From Octopus sinensis (Eukaryota), in the NCBI RefSeq assembly GCF_006345805.1, contig NC_043002.1:82460001-82524000 (forward strand): 64,000 nucleotides of DNA. The letters are read 5' to 3'. Position numbers and translations under genes: made by a program. Position 1 is the first letter of the stretch, and every line of letters begins with the position of its first letter. The notes beneath the pieces were generated by a model. The model did no database searches. It was not told the DNA's origin and worked only from the letters and a program-made list of their open reading frames with translations. Positions 11,612-24,449 of the stretch are shown one piece after another.

Positions 11612-12832
11612 ATGAATAATTTAACTAAACCAAAAAATCCAGATACAAGAGAGAAACCATATCACTGTGATGTCTGTGGTGAATTATTCTCTCGAAGTAG
11701 TAACTTGACTCATCATAAATGTATTCAAACTGGGGAAAAACTATATGAGTGTGACACCTGTGGTAAATTATTTTCTCAAGATAGCTCTTTAGCTGCTCAT
11801 AAATGTATTCATACAGGAGAGAAGGAATATCATTGTGACATCTGTGGTGGATCATTCTCTACAAATGGTCAGTTGACTAATCATAAATGTTCTCATACTG
11901 GGGAAAAACCATATCAGTGTGATAATTGTGGTAAATTATTTTCTCAATCCAGTCTCTTGAAATCACACAGACATATTCATACAGGTGAGAAGCTATATCA
12001 TTGTAATATCTGTGGTAAATCATTCTCCAGAAATAGTAACTTGACTAGGCACAAAGCCATTCATATTGGGAAAGAATTATGTGAGTGTGATACCTGTGGT
12101 AAATCATTTTCTGACAGTGGTACTTTAAATCGTCACAAACGTATTCATACTGGGGAAAAACCATATCGGTGTGATATCTGTGGTAAATCATTTTCTCAAA
12201 GTGGTGACTTGCCTAAACACAAACGTACTCATACAGGTGAGAAGCCATTTCATTGTAATATCTGTGGTAAATCATTCTCTAGAAATAGTCACTTGACTAG
12301 ACACAAGCGTATTCATACAGGGGAAAAACCATATCACTGTGATATCTGTGGTGAATCATTTTCTGAAAATAGCACTTTAACTACTCACAAACGTATTCAT
12401 ACAGGTGAGAAGACATATCATTGTAATATCTGTGGTAGATCATTTTCTGGAAGTAGTGACTTGCTTAAACACAAACGTACACATACAGGAGAGAAGCCAT
12501 ATCATTGTAATATCTGTGGTAAATCATTTTCTGAAAGTAACTGTTTAACTAGGCACAAACGTATTCATACTGGGGAAAAACCATATCATTGTGAAATCTG
12601 TGGTAAATCATTTTCTCACGACAATAGTTTAACTAGTCACAAGCGTACTCATACAGGTGAGAAGCCATATCATTGTAATATCTGTGGTGACTCATTTTCC
12701 GATAATAGCACTTTAACTAGACACAAGCGCATTCATACGGGAGAGAAGCCATATCATTGTGATGTCTGTGGTAGATCATTCTCTCAAAAAGGCCACTTAA
12801 ATACACATGTGAGTATTCATACACAGGTGTAA
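11612..12832 (+). CDS. ZNF-b: C2H2 zinc-finger protein, 14 finger units (first lacks the last His), ends HTQV
   Basis: Finger repeats in the ORF; acceptor AG at 11224-11225. Confidence 0.95.
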   Translation: MNNLTKPKNPDTREKPYHCDVCGELFSRSSNLTHHKCIQTGEKLYECDTCGKLFSQDSSLAAHKCIHTGEKEYHCDICGGSFSTNGQLTNHKCSHTGEKPYQCDNCGKLFSQSSLLKSHRHIHTGEKLYHCNICGKSFSRNSNLTRHKAIHIGKELCECDTCGKSFSDSGTLNRHKRIHTGEKPYRCDICGKSFSQSGDLPKHKRTHTGEKPFHCNICGKSFSRNSHLTRHKRIHTGEKPYHCDICGESFSENSTLTTHKRIHTGEKTYHCNICGRSFSGSSDLLKHKRTHTGEKPYHCNICGKSFSESNCLTRHKRIHTGEKPYHCEICGKSFSHDNSLTSHKRTHTGEKPYHCNICGDSFSDNSTLTRHKRIHTGEKPYHCDVCGRSFSQKGHLNTHVSIHTQV

Positions 12833-13819
12833 CAGTACCAATATCAAAATTTATTACAACAGGACAACAATTATGAATATTTTGTCTGCTAATATTTTGT
12901 TATCAACTTCAATTCCATCACTGTCAATATGAAATTCATGAATATGAACCTCAGTATCATGTATGTGTCTAAATATATTAAAACAGTGATGATTTTTGAG
13001 GAATTTCTTACAAGAGAATACAGGAATGGGAATAATGAATAAAAGCTTTAAGAGACATTGAGTTTGTTTTTGTGTTTTCATCATCACCATCCTCATCCAC
13101 TCTCAAAGTGGTGACTTGACTAAACACAAAGCTATGCATACAGGAGAGAAGCCATATCATTGTAATATCTGTGGTGAGTCCTTCTTTGAAAAAGGCCTCT
13201 TAAGTACACGTGTGAGTATTCATACACAAGTGTAACTATCAATATCAAAATTTATTACAACATGACAACAATTATGAATATTTTGTCTGCTAAAAGACAG
13301 GGCTTATTCCTCTTCAAGCTTGACATTATCAACTTCAGTTTCTTGGATGTCAACATGAAATTCATGAATCTCAACTTCAATATCATTTATATATCTAAAT
13401 AATATCAACACAGAGATGACTTTGATTTCTGAAGAGGATTGTGCTGGATTTTTGAAGAATTTGTTATAAGAGAATAAAGGAATGGGAATAAGGAATAAAA
13501 GTTTTAAGTGACATTGATTTTGTCTTTGTTGTGTTTTCATCATCAACATCATCATACTTTACCATCCATTTTGTATGCAGGCTTGGGTGGTAAAGTGTGA
13601 TATGAGCTGGCAAGTCAGAGTGCTGCTCCATGTTCCAGTCAGACTTGGATTGTGTAGTTCTATATTTGAGAGATTAGGAATTATGTATATTATTTACTTT
13701 AGACTGATATTTGTCCTCATCTTGTTAACAATATTTCAACTGATATACTCTCCAGCCTTCATCAGGTGTCTTGGGGAAATACCTTAGGAATGAGAACCCA
13801 GGTTCAAAATTTCCCCAAT

Positions 13820-13863
13820 ACACCTGATGAAGGCTAGAGAGTATATCAGCTGAAACGTTGTGT
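13820..13863 (+). ncRNA. Minimal type-I hammerhead ribozyme motif (Penelope/retrozyme type)
   Basis: Stem I ACAC/GTGT, CTGATGA 13824-13830, stem II GGCT/AGCT, GAAA 13852-13855, palindromic ACGT stem III, UH = TT. Confidence 0.6.
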
Positions 13864-14299
13864 GCGCAACACGATGAGGACAAATATCAGTCAAATGTGG
13901 ATTTGGCTTGGTTTCTTTGGTTATATGCTCTTAAGATACATGGCACATTTTATAAATATGCCTGTTCAAGTATTGTAACAGTATGAAACAAGTAGTAGCG
14001 CTTTCAGTTGTGTATTTAATTTGATATATATATGTGTGTGTGTGTGTGAACAGGATGTCAGTCTGATAGCTAGAATAAGTGTATATATTTCTTGTATTTT
14101 GAGCTTATTTTTGTAGGGGACAGAAGCATGGACTCCCTGCTACAGACAAATAAAAAATCTTGAAACCTTTCAAATGTGGTGTTTGCGCAACATATGCAAC
14201 CAAAAGACAAGTGCGTATAAAGTATATGCAGTAATGTACAAATGTCTGGGAAGTGAACAGTGTATGAGTCAGATACATGCTTGCGTGTGAATGGAGGGG

Positions 14300-14660
14300 A
14301 GAAAGATCAGGTGTAGTGTTGGCGAATCTCAAGAAGCATGGAAGTTTGGAAGGATGCAGTGCTCCGACAACTAACAACTGATGCTGGCAGTTTGTTCCAT
14401 GCTTCAGCAACTCTTAGCGTGAAAAAATGTTTCCGAAAGTCATGGGAGCTGTGCTGTTTTCTGACTTTGTAAACATGTCCACGGGTGTTAGATGGATGGA
14501 GTTTGAAAAGGTGCTCAGAGTTATTGTTAGTAAGATGGTTAATAATTTTACGGGTGTCTGCCAGATGTCGGAGTTTTAATGTATCCATGCCCAGGGAAGT
14601 AAGGCATTCAGAATATGGCAAATGCCTAATGGAGGGTATTCTCTTGGTTGCACGTCGCTG
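14300..14660 (-). mobile_element. CR1/L2-type LINE ORF2 C-terminal remnant
   Basis: Translation ...TRGHVYKVRKQHSSHDFRKHFFTLRVAEAWNKLPASVV... matches the typical CR1-group C-terminus. Confidence 0.7.
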
Positions 14661-14884
14661 AACGGCTTCCAGGCGATTAACGATGACTGTTCATCTATTG
14701 CTTCATAACCATCCATTCAGTTGGGGTGAGGATGTCATGAGGCCGCCCTCTCCTTCCCCTTTCTTATCATTAAAGCTAATTACACTTTGAGTATCCCACA
14801 TGTGATGTGGCATTCTATCCACTGAGACATCTGGAGTACTCATCATGACCCACCCTTTCTATCTCCCACCATGTTGTGGACCTT

Positions 14885-15210
14885 GAGACCCCCTTCGGTC
14901 ACGACACAGACCATGGGATTGCACCTAGAAAGTTACCCTCCCAGGCACAAGTCCGGGCAAGGATGTTATGGAAGACCAGCAGTCGCCCATGCATACCGGC
15001 CTTCCCTCTCCATGCCACTAAAGTTATCCAAGGGAAACGCAAAGGCCAATACAGCTTGGCACCCGTGGTGTCGCAACTCATTTCTACAGCTGAGTGAACT
15101 GGAGCAACGTGAAATAAAGTGTCTTGCTCAAGAATACAACACACAGCCCGGTCTAGGATTCGAACTCACAACCTCATGATCGTAAGCTCGACACTCTAAC
15201 CACTGAGCCT
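14885..15210 (-). mobile_element. tRNA-derived SINE (family 3)
   Basis: Reverse-complement head with A/B-box-like sequence (tcagtggttag ... ggttgtgagttcgaatcc); homologs at 35603-35930 and 34645-34850. Confidence 0.7.
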
Positions 15211-15243
15211 GGACCTTAAGCTATACGTAAAATTTAAAAAAGT

Positions 15244-15470
15244 GGTGAGCTGGCAGACACATTAGTGCGCTGGGATAAATGCTTAGCAGTATTTCGTCTG
15301 TCATTATGTTCTGAGTTCAAATTACGCCGAGGTAGACTTTGCCTTTCATCCTTTCAGGGTCAACAAATAAAGTACCACTTTTGCACTGGGGTCAATGTAA
15401 TTGACTTAATCCCTTTGTCTGTCCTTGTTTGTTCCCTCTATGTTTAGCCCCTTGTGGGCAATAAAGAAAT
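15244..15470 (+). mobile_element. tRNA-derived SINE (family 2)
   Basis: gagctggcag...gttctgagttcaaatt...ctttgcctttcatcctttc; same family as the copies at 25846-26313. Confidence 0.7.
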
Positions 15471-15879
15471 ATATACGTAAAATTAACCAGGAACAAAAGT
15501 GTTGTTTATTCTGCTCTCATCAACTACACATGTTTGGGGCGAACACAAATGGCCATCTGAATTCTCAGCCCTCCCTCGTGACTAATCAGAATTCCCTTCT
15601 TTGCTCACTAGCTAGATTGCAGTGAAATTCCTGTCTATAAGACTGTCACCACTTCGAGAGAATGATTTACCAGATATTGCAATGATATGGCTTCTCTCCT
15701 GTATGTGTACGTATGTGGCAATGTCCCACACATATCTGAAGCAACAATAATGGACCTTAGCCCATCTGTGTCATCATTATATATGTGTGTGTATGGCAGT
15801 CACTGAAGATGGTTTCAATATTTATATTTGAAGAAGACTTAGGAGAGTAATAGAAAGAAAAAAAGAGAGAACACTAAGA

Positions 15880-16390
15880 AGAGCTGCATCTATTTGCAGT
15901 GGATGTGTGAATGTAATATGAGTCCAGAAATGGATTTTGCTATGAAGTCACAATGGGGACATTGATGACTTTGATTGAGTGAATGTGTCTGTTGGTTGCA
16001 GGATATAGGTCCGCTATTGTTCTTTTTCATGGCATCGTGACACATTTTACACCATACAGATGGATCTAGGCAATGACTTTCCCAAGATATCACATCAAGC
16101 TGTAGAGATTTTATTTATTGCTTAAACTTATCCGTATATGTAAGGAAACGTTTTCCTCTGCCACTTGTTGGCCTTACAGAAGAATTTTTGGAATGCGATC
16201 ATTTCGTCTTTGGAAAACATGTCCTACCCATCTGCACTGAATTCTCATCCGTATGCCTTGGATACTGGTCATATCACATTTTACTAAGATTTGATGTCTT
16301 ATCTTGCCATTTTGCTGCATATGTTGTGGTGCAAACACCACATGCGAAAAAATTTCAACCTTTCTATTTCTTCGTAGAAGGGAGTCCATG
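15880..16390 (-). mobile_element. Decayed RTE-type LINE C-terminus, co-duplicated with the ZNF 3' flanks
   Basis: Translation RWVGHVFQRRNDRIPKILL...CPHCDFIAKS; homologs at 26790-27290 (+) and near 30900-30990. Confidence 0.6.
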
Positions 16391-16578
16391 CTTCTGCCTC
16401 ATATAAAAATATACTCAAAATACAAGATTTCTATTCCCTTATTTTAGTTGTCAGACTGATATCCTGTTCACACAAATACATATATCAAATTAAATACACA
16501 ACTGAAAGAGCTACTACTTGTTTCATACTGTTACAATACTTGAACAGGAATATTTATAAAATGCGCCATGTATCTTAA

Positions 16579-16799
16579 CCCTTTCATTAGCGTATTTATT
16601 TTGAGATGTTCTATGTTTCCTTCAATTATTTTAGATATAACAAAGAATTTAGTAAAATAACTTAATTATCATTAAGCTAGTGTTAGGAACATAAATTGTG
16701 ACTAAGGTTTGGTGGAAGATTTTAATTCAAAATTTATGATAACAAGACATTTGTACTACAGAGCCAGAACCGGTTTCAGCTGGGTTGGTATTGAAAGGG
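16579..16799. mobile_element. piggyBac-type MITE
   Basis: TTAA|CCCTTTC...GAAAGGG|TTAA. Confidence 0.85.
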
Positions 16800-17404
16800 T
16801 TAAGGGCATACAGCCAAAGAAAGCAAGCCCAATCTGACAGGAACGTGGAGCAGCACTCTGGCTTGCCAGCTCATGTCACACTATCCCATCCAAGCCTGCA
16901 TAGAAGACGGATGCTAACAATGGATGTTAGAGGATGATGATGAAAACACAACAAAGACAAAATCAATGTCACTTAAAACTTTTATTCCTTATTCCCATTC
17001 CTTTATTCTCTTATAACAAATTCCTCAAAAATCCAGCACAATCATCTTCAGAAATCAAAGTCATCTCTGTGTTGATATATTTAGATATATAAATGATATT
17101 GAAGTTGATATTCATGAATTTCATGTTGACATTGATGAAATCATCAAACTTGGAGAGGAATAAATCCTGTCTTTTAGCAGACAAAACATTCATAATAGTT
17201 GTCATACTGTAATAAGTTTTGATATTGATCCTGTTACACTTGTATATGAATACTCAAATGTCTACTTAAGTGACATTTTTTAAAGAATGACTCACCACAG
17301 ATATTACAATGATATGGCTTCTCTCCTGTATGAATACATTTGTGACTAGATAAGATGTTATTTTGAGAAAATTATTCACTACAGACATCACACTGATATG
17401 GTTT

Positions 17405-18811
17405 TTACCCAGTATGAATGCATTTGTGACTAGTCAAATGATCATTCCTAGAGAATGATTTACCATAGATATCACACGAATATGGTTTTTCCCCAGTATG
17501 AATACGTTTGTGCCTAATCAAGTGACCACTTTCAGAAAATGATTTAACACAGACATCACACGGATATGGTTTTTCCCCTGTATGAATACGTTTGTGACCA
17601 GTCAAATGACTATTTCTAGTGAATGATTTACCACAGATATTACAATGATATGGTTTCTCACCTGTATGTGTAAGTTTGTGTTTAGTCAAGTCACTACTTT
17701 GAGAGAATGATTTACCACAGATATCACAATGATATGGCTTCTCTCCTGTATGAATACGTTTGTGCCTAGTTAAATTAGTATTAAGAGAGAATGATTCACC
17801 ACAGATATCACAGCGATATGGTTTTTCCCCAGTATGAATACGTTTGTGCAAAGGCAAGTGACATCTTTCAGAAAATGATTTACCACAGATGTCACAATGA
17901 AATGGTTTTTCTCCAGTATGAATATGTTTGTGACGGGTCAAGTTATCATTTCTAGAGAATGACTTATCACAGACATGACAGTGAAATGGCTTCTCTCCTG
18001 TATGTGTACGTATGTGACTGGTCAAGTTACCACTTTGAGAGAATGATTCACCACAGATATCACAATGATATGGTCGATCCCCAGGATGAATACGTTTGTG
18101 ACTAGTCAAGTGACTGTTTTCAGAAAATAATTTACCACAGATATCACAGTGATATGGTTTTTCCCCAGTGTGAATTCGTATGTGACTAGTCAAGGTCCAA
18201 CTTGTAGAGAATGATTTACCACAAATATCACAGTGATATGGTTTCTCTACTGTGTGAATACGTTTGTGACAAATTAAAGTGGTATTATGAGAAAATGATT
18301 CACCACAGATATCACACTGATATGGTTTTTCCCCAGTATGGATACGTTTATGTTTAGTCAAGTCACTATTACAAGAAAATGATTTACCACAGATATCAAG
18401 ATGATATAGCTTCTCTCCCATGTGTGTACATTTGTGACTAGTTAAGGTGCCATTTTGAGAAAATGATTTACCACAGACATCACACGGATATGGATTTTCC
18501 CCTGAATGGGTACGTTTGTGTGCAAACAAGTCACCACATCGAGAGAATGATTTATTACAGGTATTGCAATGATATGGCTTCTCTCCTGTATGTGTACGTA
18601 TGTGAATAGTCAAGGAACCACTTTGAGAGAATGATTTACCACAGACATCACAGTGATGTGGTTTCTCTCCTGTATCAATGCATTTGTGTTTGGTTAAGAC
18701 TCTTTCTTCAGTGAATGATTTACCACAGATATCACAGTGATATGGCTTCTTACCTGAATCAGGTTTGTTTGGTTTTCTTAAATCATTCATTATAAGATAA
18801 TAATTTCTCAT
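17405..18811 (-). CDS. ZNF-c: C2H2 zinc-finger protein, 16 units (13 intact)
   Basis: Finger repeats; units 1, 5 and 16 each lack a Zn ligand. First ATG at 18811; minus-strand acceptor at 19228-19229. Confidence 0.93.
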   Translation of the reverse strand: MRNYYLIMNDLRKPNKPDSGKKPYHCDICGKSFTEERVLTKHKCIDTGEKPHHCDVCGKSFSQSGSLTIHIRTHTGEKPYHCNTCNKSFSRCGDLFAHKRTHSGENPYPCDVCGKSFSQNGTLTSHKCTHMGEKLYHLDICGKSFSCNSDLTKHKRIHTGEKPYQCDICGESFSHNTTLICHKRIHTVEKPYHCDICGKSFSTSWTLTSHIRIHTGEKPYHCDICGKLFSENSHLTSHKRIHPGDRPYHCDICGESFSQSGNLTSHIRTHTGEKPFHCHVCDKSFSRNDNLTRHKHIHTGEKPFHCDICGKSFSERCHLPLHKRIHTGEKPYRCDICGESFSLNTNLTRHKRIHTGEKPYHCDICGKSFSQSSDLTKHKLTHTGEKPYHCNICGKSFTRNSHLTGHKRIHTGEKPYPCDVCVKSFSESGHLIRHKRIHTGEKPYSCDIYGKSFSRNDHLTSHKCIHTG

Positions 18812-19875
18812 ACGTATCACAATGATAATGATTTTTTCAATTCTATGAATATATCTGTGTTCAGTTGTGTCAGTATTTTCGGAGAATAATTTAACACTGT
18901 GTTTCTTTCATCTGTATTCTTGCTTAATATCTAAAACGGCAGATGTAAACAGTTAAAACTTTTGTAAATTTATCCAAGCTTAATAAACCAAGCAATCACT
19001 TCCTCTACATTCCAGGCTGTGAAGACAAGTGAATGTTGCTGTTAATTCCATTATCCAGAAGAAATATTTTCCCATCATTTGTTGAAGAATTTATTCATAC
19101 AAAGAAGTTGATGTGTTGATGAATGTGCCTTATGAATATATGGTCTTCCTTTAATTGATGAAAGCCAAAAATATCAGAGGCACATCTGAATGAAGAAATT
19201 TCTTTTACGTCAACATGATGTGATATTCTGAAATAGAAAATGAAGCAGTGAGATAAAGAGAATCCTTAAACGACATAGTAATTCAACATTGCAAATCTTA
19301 CATCAACACTGTCATCCATTTAATGTCTATGTTAACATGGGTCAGAATCCATTGAGGCATTGAAAGTTTTACAACATTCTGTCTATAGATGAATTGCTTC
19401 AACATTTCTCTAAATACTTACCCGTTTTCCACTCATTTCACTTGTTTCCCCTGTGAAGTGGCATGGCTCAATGGTTAGGGTATATGGCTCCCTAGTCAGT
19501 AGGGTATACGCCTCCAATCGTCAGGTTGCAAGTTCGATTCCCAGTCACACATCGTGTCTCCAAGTTTCTCTCAAAAATGCTAAGAGCAAAACACGTTTTA
19601 TATGACACATTATACAAGTGTCCTAAGTTTGAAAGTGTTTAGTTACAAAAAATTATTTTTTAAATATGTAGGTCAAAAGGTGAAGATCCCTTTTCTGTTT
19701 TAGGGGGACGACATCCAAATTGACGCTGGTGAAATCAAAACGGACAACATATTCAATAGGGAAGAAAACGAAATTAAGGCTGACGATGGGGGCATTTGAA
19801 AGGGAGAAACCCTATGAATTAAATTAACTACACTGAACATGGTTCCTGCATTTGTGGGCAATGTGTTGTATAGTC

Positions 19876-20285
19876 GGATCTTTTCGGTTTGAACGGTAGT
19901 TTTTTAAAATAATTTCCACGTAACTAAACACTTTTAAACTTCGTATACTGGTAGAATGTGTTTATAAAACATCTTTTTCTCTTGGCTTTATTGAGAAAAT
20001 TCTATGGTTTGTAAGATATTTGTTTTTGTGTTTTTTCCTTCAATTTCTGCAATTTCAACCAATCAATGACGTCTATTGAAGTAAAAAACATTCTGTGCCG
20101 TATGAACATGTCCCTCGTTTAAGAAACAGATTGGGTTTATTTACATTTGTGAAGAAAAAAAGATACCCTTCCCCCCACCCCTAAAACAGATTGAAATGCA
20201 ATAGATCGATACTAGGGTTATAATTATGGGTAACAAATTTCATATGACACCGCTAGAAAAACTGCCGTTCAAACCGAAAAGATCC
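19876..20285. mobile_element. GGATC-family MITE between ZNF-c and the ZNF-d promoter
   Basis: Both TIRs present, but the flanks (gtatagtc / caaagttg) do not match. Confidence 0.8.
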
Positions 20286-20419
20286 CAAAGTTGTTTTCTT
20301 TTACTATGAGCTCTGTGTGTTTGTACCTAACCATTTTTCGGGTGATCTTATACGGGGATGTGTCCTGACTACACCTTCTTCGAATCACTTGGTGGAAATG
20401 TGAAGGTGAAGTTGTTCAC

Positions 20420-20613
20420 AGAATTAGACAAAGAAAAAACACTGAACTGAATCCAACCAGTTAGTAGAGCCATCTATTGGAGAATTAAAAAAAATACAAT
20501 CATATAAAGGGAAATAACTGCTGCAACACTTGAAACAAGCGCCATTTCAATTATCCATTAAGGTTCTTAATTACTGACCACTGACTCGTTGTTTATATCT
20601 GAATACGGTAAGT
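20420..20613 (+). promoter_or_regulatory. Type-A first exon of ZNF-d
   Basis: GAGCCATCTATTGG 20467-20480; donor at 20608; second copy at 20934. Confidence 0.65.
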
Positions 20614-21072
20614 TGACAAAGATATACTCTAAGGCTATAAAGGTGATAATGATAATAATGTAAATAACAGAATTATGTTAACCTCTCTATTTCACAGTAA
20701 TTATTTCGAAGCGAGAGCAGAACAGCATCAGGAAAATATATTTCCTCGACTTAATGATTTCCAAACTGAAATGTCGACCTGTTGTTTATGAAAATAACAT
20801 GTAATATAAAAGAAATTCGTTGGTAAAATGAGAGTAATGTAGCATAATTAATTAGTAAAATGAGAGGAAACCTATTAGAGAATACCACATTAATTAGTGT
20901 TGTCTTGTTTGTTAATGAGGCACTGATAAAACGGTAAGTTGATAAAGACTTACTTTAAGGTTATATTAATAATAGTAATGATGATGATGATGGTTTGAAA
21001 TTTTGGCCCAGGACCAGCATTGTTTGAGGCGAGCAGAAAGTCGATTACAAGCACACCATATACCTTTAACGG

Positions 21073-21589
21073 GGTACTATTTAAGATGAGTGCTTCCGGT
21101 GCGCGCATCCGAGATGGCTAGTCGTGATTAGTCGATTCTATAACGACTACCTAGCGCGAGTGCGCATATGCTAATTAATAGATGTTTTTTTTTTAAACAA
21201 TATAAATAATTTTTTTACACTCGTAGTGTGTTATTTTTATTTAATTTGTTGGTACAAGTCGCGTAGACTAGTGAATTGTCGCCTGTAGTGGTCTACTTTG
21301 AAAAAAAAAATGTTTGAATGTCCTTAAGGTTGTTTTGCTTTTTTTTCAATGCTTCTAATTGTTTTGTAACGAAAAAAAAAAACGCAATTGTCTTTAAAAT
21401 AATATACACCGTATATCGTTGAAAAATATTACCTAAGCTTCAGTAGGGGCTCGCTATTAACTTAGTTTTTGCAGTGTTGCGCTAATCAGCTCATTTGCAC
21501 ACGCAAGTCACTGTAGGATCGACTACCTACGACTGGCTACCGCGGATGCGCGTGTGCGCGCACCGGGTCCAGTCTACGCGACTAGTACC
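21073..21589. mobile_element. GGTAC-family MITE with left and right arms of different subtypes
   Basis: Left GGTACTATTTAAGATGAG; right GGGTCCAGTCTACGCGACTAGTACC; no TSD. Confidence 0.65.
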
Positions 21590-22740
21590 GTGATGTAGAT
21601 TACGATGATAATACTTTTCAGATTGTGTAGATTACGATTACATACGAATTTGTTGTGTAAAACTTTTTCGGAGACGGTGGGATATAGAAGAGTTTCGAAT
21701 AATTCACACACCTCGGTCTTCTTTCCTCATAATTGTTTTTCGATGAAATTTTTTTGAAATGCCTTTCCGGAGATATAAATTACGATTATATCGGAATTTG
21801 TTGGGATAAACTTTTCTACTGTCTTTGAAACAAATTTAAAAGCAGCTCATCCTCTGCTGGTCGTTTAGTATGCAGGAATTAGCAGTCATCACATGGCTTT
21901 ATCCTAAGATCTGTAGTTTGATAAACAAGGCTATCTTTAGTTTTAGATACATTTATCTGTGGGATTAATCATAAAAGTAAGACAATCCACAGAAACAGGA
22001 AAATAGACTTGAGAATCAAGACACATCCCCGTGTAAGGACACCCGAAAAATGGTTCAGTACAAAGACACAGAGCTCACAGTAAAAGAAAACAACTTTGTA
22101 AAATTCAAGTGCTTTTAGGATACCATAGATATGCAAGTACCGAATCCAATTTGTGACCATCACTCCATCTCAGCAGGAATTCCATATCGTGGGGTTCTTG
22201 TTAACTGTTTTGCATATATCATCATCATCATTTAATGTCTGTCTTCCATGCTAGCATGTGTTTGACAGTTTGAGAGAAGCTGGTAAGACAGAGGACTGCA
22301 CCAAGCATAACTGTCTGCTTTGGCAGGGTTTCTACAGCTGGGTACCCTTCCTAATGCCAACCGCTTTACAGCGTGGAGGGGGGATGCTTTTTACATGGCA
22401 TCAGCACATATATACATGTATGTGTGTTTCTGTCTTGACATTCTGTGATGCTTGTAAATGATTGTCACCATCATGGAAGCGATGTCCTTTCTTTCCCATA
22501 TTCTGTGTAAACATGTTTCAACTCGGTGGAATATCACTTCACTTGGGAACAGGTGAGGATTGGCAACAGGAAGGGCATCCAGCTGTAGAATATCTGCCTC
22601 TGCATAATCCATCTGATCCAATGAAGCATGGAAAAGTAGATGTTAAAACGATGACAATGATGATGGTCCTGTTCAGTAAAGGAGCTTCTAAATAGGCTGC
22701 ACAAGCTGCTAGAAATAGCAGCCAAATATTTCTGAAATCT

Positions 22741-23125
22741 TTATATATAAAAGTGAAGTTGTGTGTCTGTCTCCTACGATTTAGATTCCTAACTACTCCC
22801 ACATTTTGCGGTGCAGTGTAACCAAAAGCGGGTATCTTATAGTCGTGATTCATATCGAGCCCTTCTGGGTATTAGCGCATGTCTACGATTTAAAAAAAAA
22901 TTTAACATAATTTTTCCGCATTTTTAATGCATTTTCGCTCGGTTTATATAAGGGAAGTAACTCTCTAAAAAATGTATTATTAAATCTCAGAACGTAAAAA
23001 GCTACAGTAACACCCCCCTTTGTGGTTAACCATATTGAGATGTCTATTATACTTTACATCTCTAAAAATGCTTATATGGTTATTTCCCTTACAAACCCGA
23101 GCAATGCCGGGCGATACTGCTAGTA
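22741..23125 (-). mobile_element. Helentron-associated (HINE/DINE-1-like) non-autonomous element
   Basis: Reverse-complement start tactagcagtatcgcccggcattgctcggg; end with cagacacac...tatata. Confidence 0.6.
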
Positions 23126-24449
23126 TTAAATAAAGTATATTGAACCATGTATTTGCTTTTGAAGTAAGTGGTCTTGTGTTCATTCCCATTATGTGGTATC
23201 TGGGCCAAGTGTCTTATATTATAGCCCTGGGCCAACTAAAGCCTTGTGAGGGGATTTGCTACATGGAAAGTGTATCATTTACGGAATTATGTGTGTCTGT
23301 CTCTGTGTTTGACTCCCTTTCCTGCCATAAAGCACTTGACTATGGGCATTAGTTTGCTTATATCCTTGTGACTTAGTAATTGGGCATATATGACTGGTGG
23401 AATATGTATCAAACTTAAATATATATACTGGAGTTGGTTCATTTGACTGAACACTTCAAAGAAGTATTCCAGCATGGCCACGGTCCACTTGGTGAACCAG
23501 TAACTGGCACTCTGTGTTTTAGTTTATCCAATCAACTAAAAAGCCTGCTCATGAAAGTAACATGCAAATGGCTGAGCATTCCACAGACATGGGGAGCCTT
23601 AATATAGTCTTCAAGGAGGCACAGCATGACACAGATGGTGAGAAGACTGGCCCTTTGAATTACAGGTTAAACTCATTTTTGACACCTGAGTGGACTGATG
23701 CAAAGTGAAATAAAATGGCTTGGAGACTCATTGCACCACTGTTTATCAAACTCACAACTTTACAATTGTGAGTGAAATACCCTAACCACTAAGCCATGCC
23801 ACTTCACAGGTGAAACAAGTGAAAGGAGGGAAGAGAAAGAAAACAGATAAATAATTAGAGAAATGTAGAAACGCTTCGTCTATATACAGAATGTTGTAAA
23901 ACTTTCAATGCCTCAATGGATTCTGACCCATGCAAACATAGACATTAAATGGATGACAGTGTTGATGTTGTAATATTTGCAATGTTGAATTACTATGTCG
24001 TTTAATAATTATCTTTATCTCACTGCTTCTTTTTCTATTTCAGAATATCACATCATGTTGACGTTAAAGAAATTCCTTCATTCAGACACGTCTCTGATAT
24101 TTTTATTGACTTTCATCAATTAAAGGAAGACCATACATTCATCAACGCATCAACTTTTTTGTATAAATAAAATCTTCAACAAATGATGGGAAAATATTTC
24201 TTCTGGACAATGTAATTAACAGCAACATTTACTGGTTTTCGTTATTTGGAATGTAGAGGAGATGATTCCTTTAAAGTTTGAGGTTGAATAACTTTATGAA
24301 AGAGTTAACAGTTTACATTTTCTGTTTTAGATTTTAAGTAAAATCACTGATGAAAGAAATGTAGCATTAATTTTTTCTCTGACAATTATGTCACAACTGA
24401 ACACAAACATGTTCACAGAAATGAAATAAACACTATCATTGTGATATGT

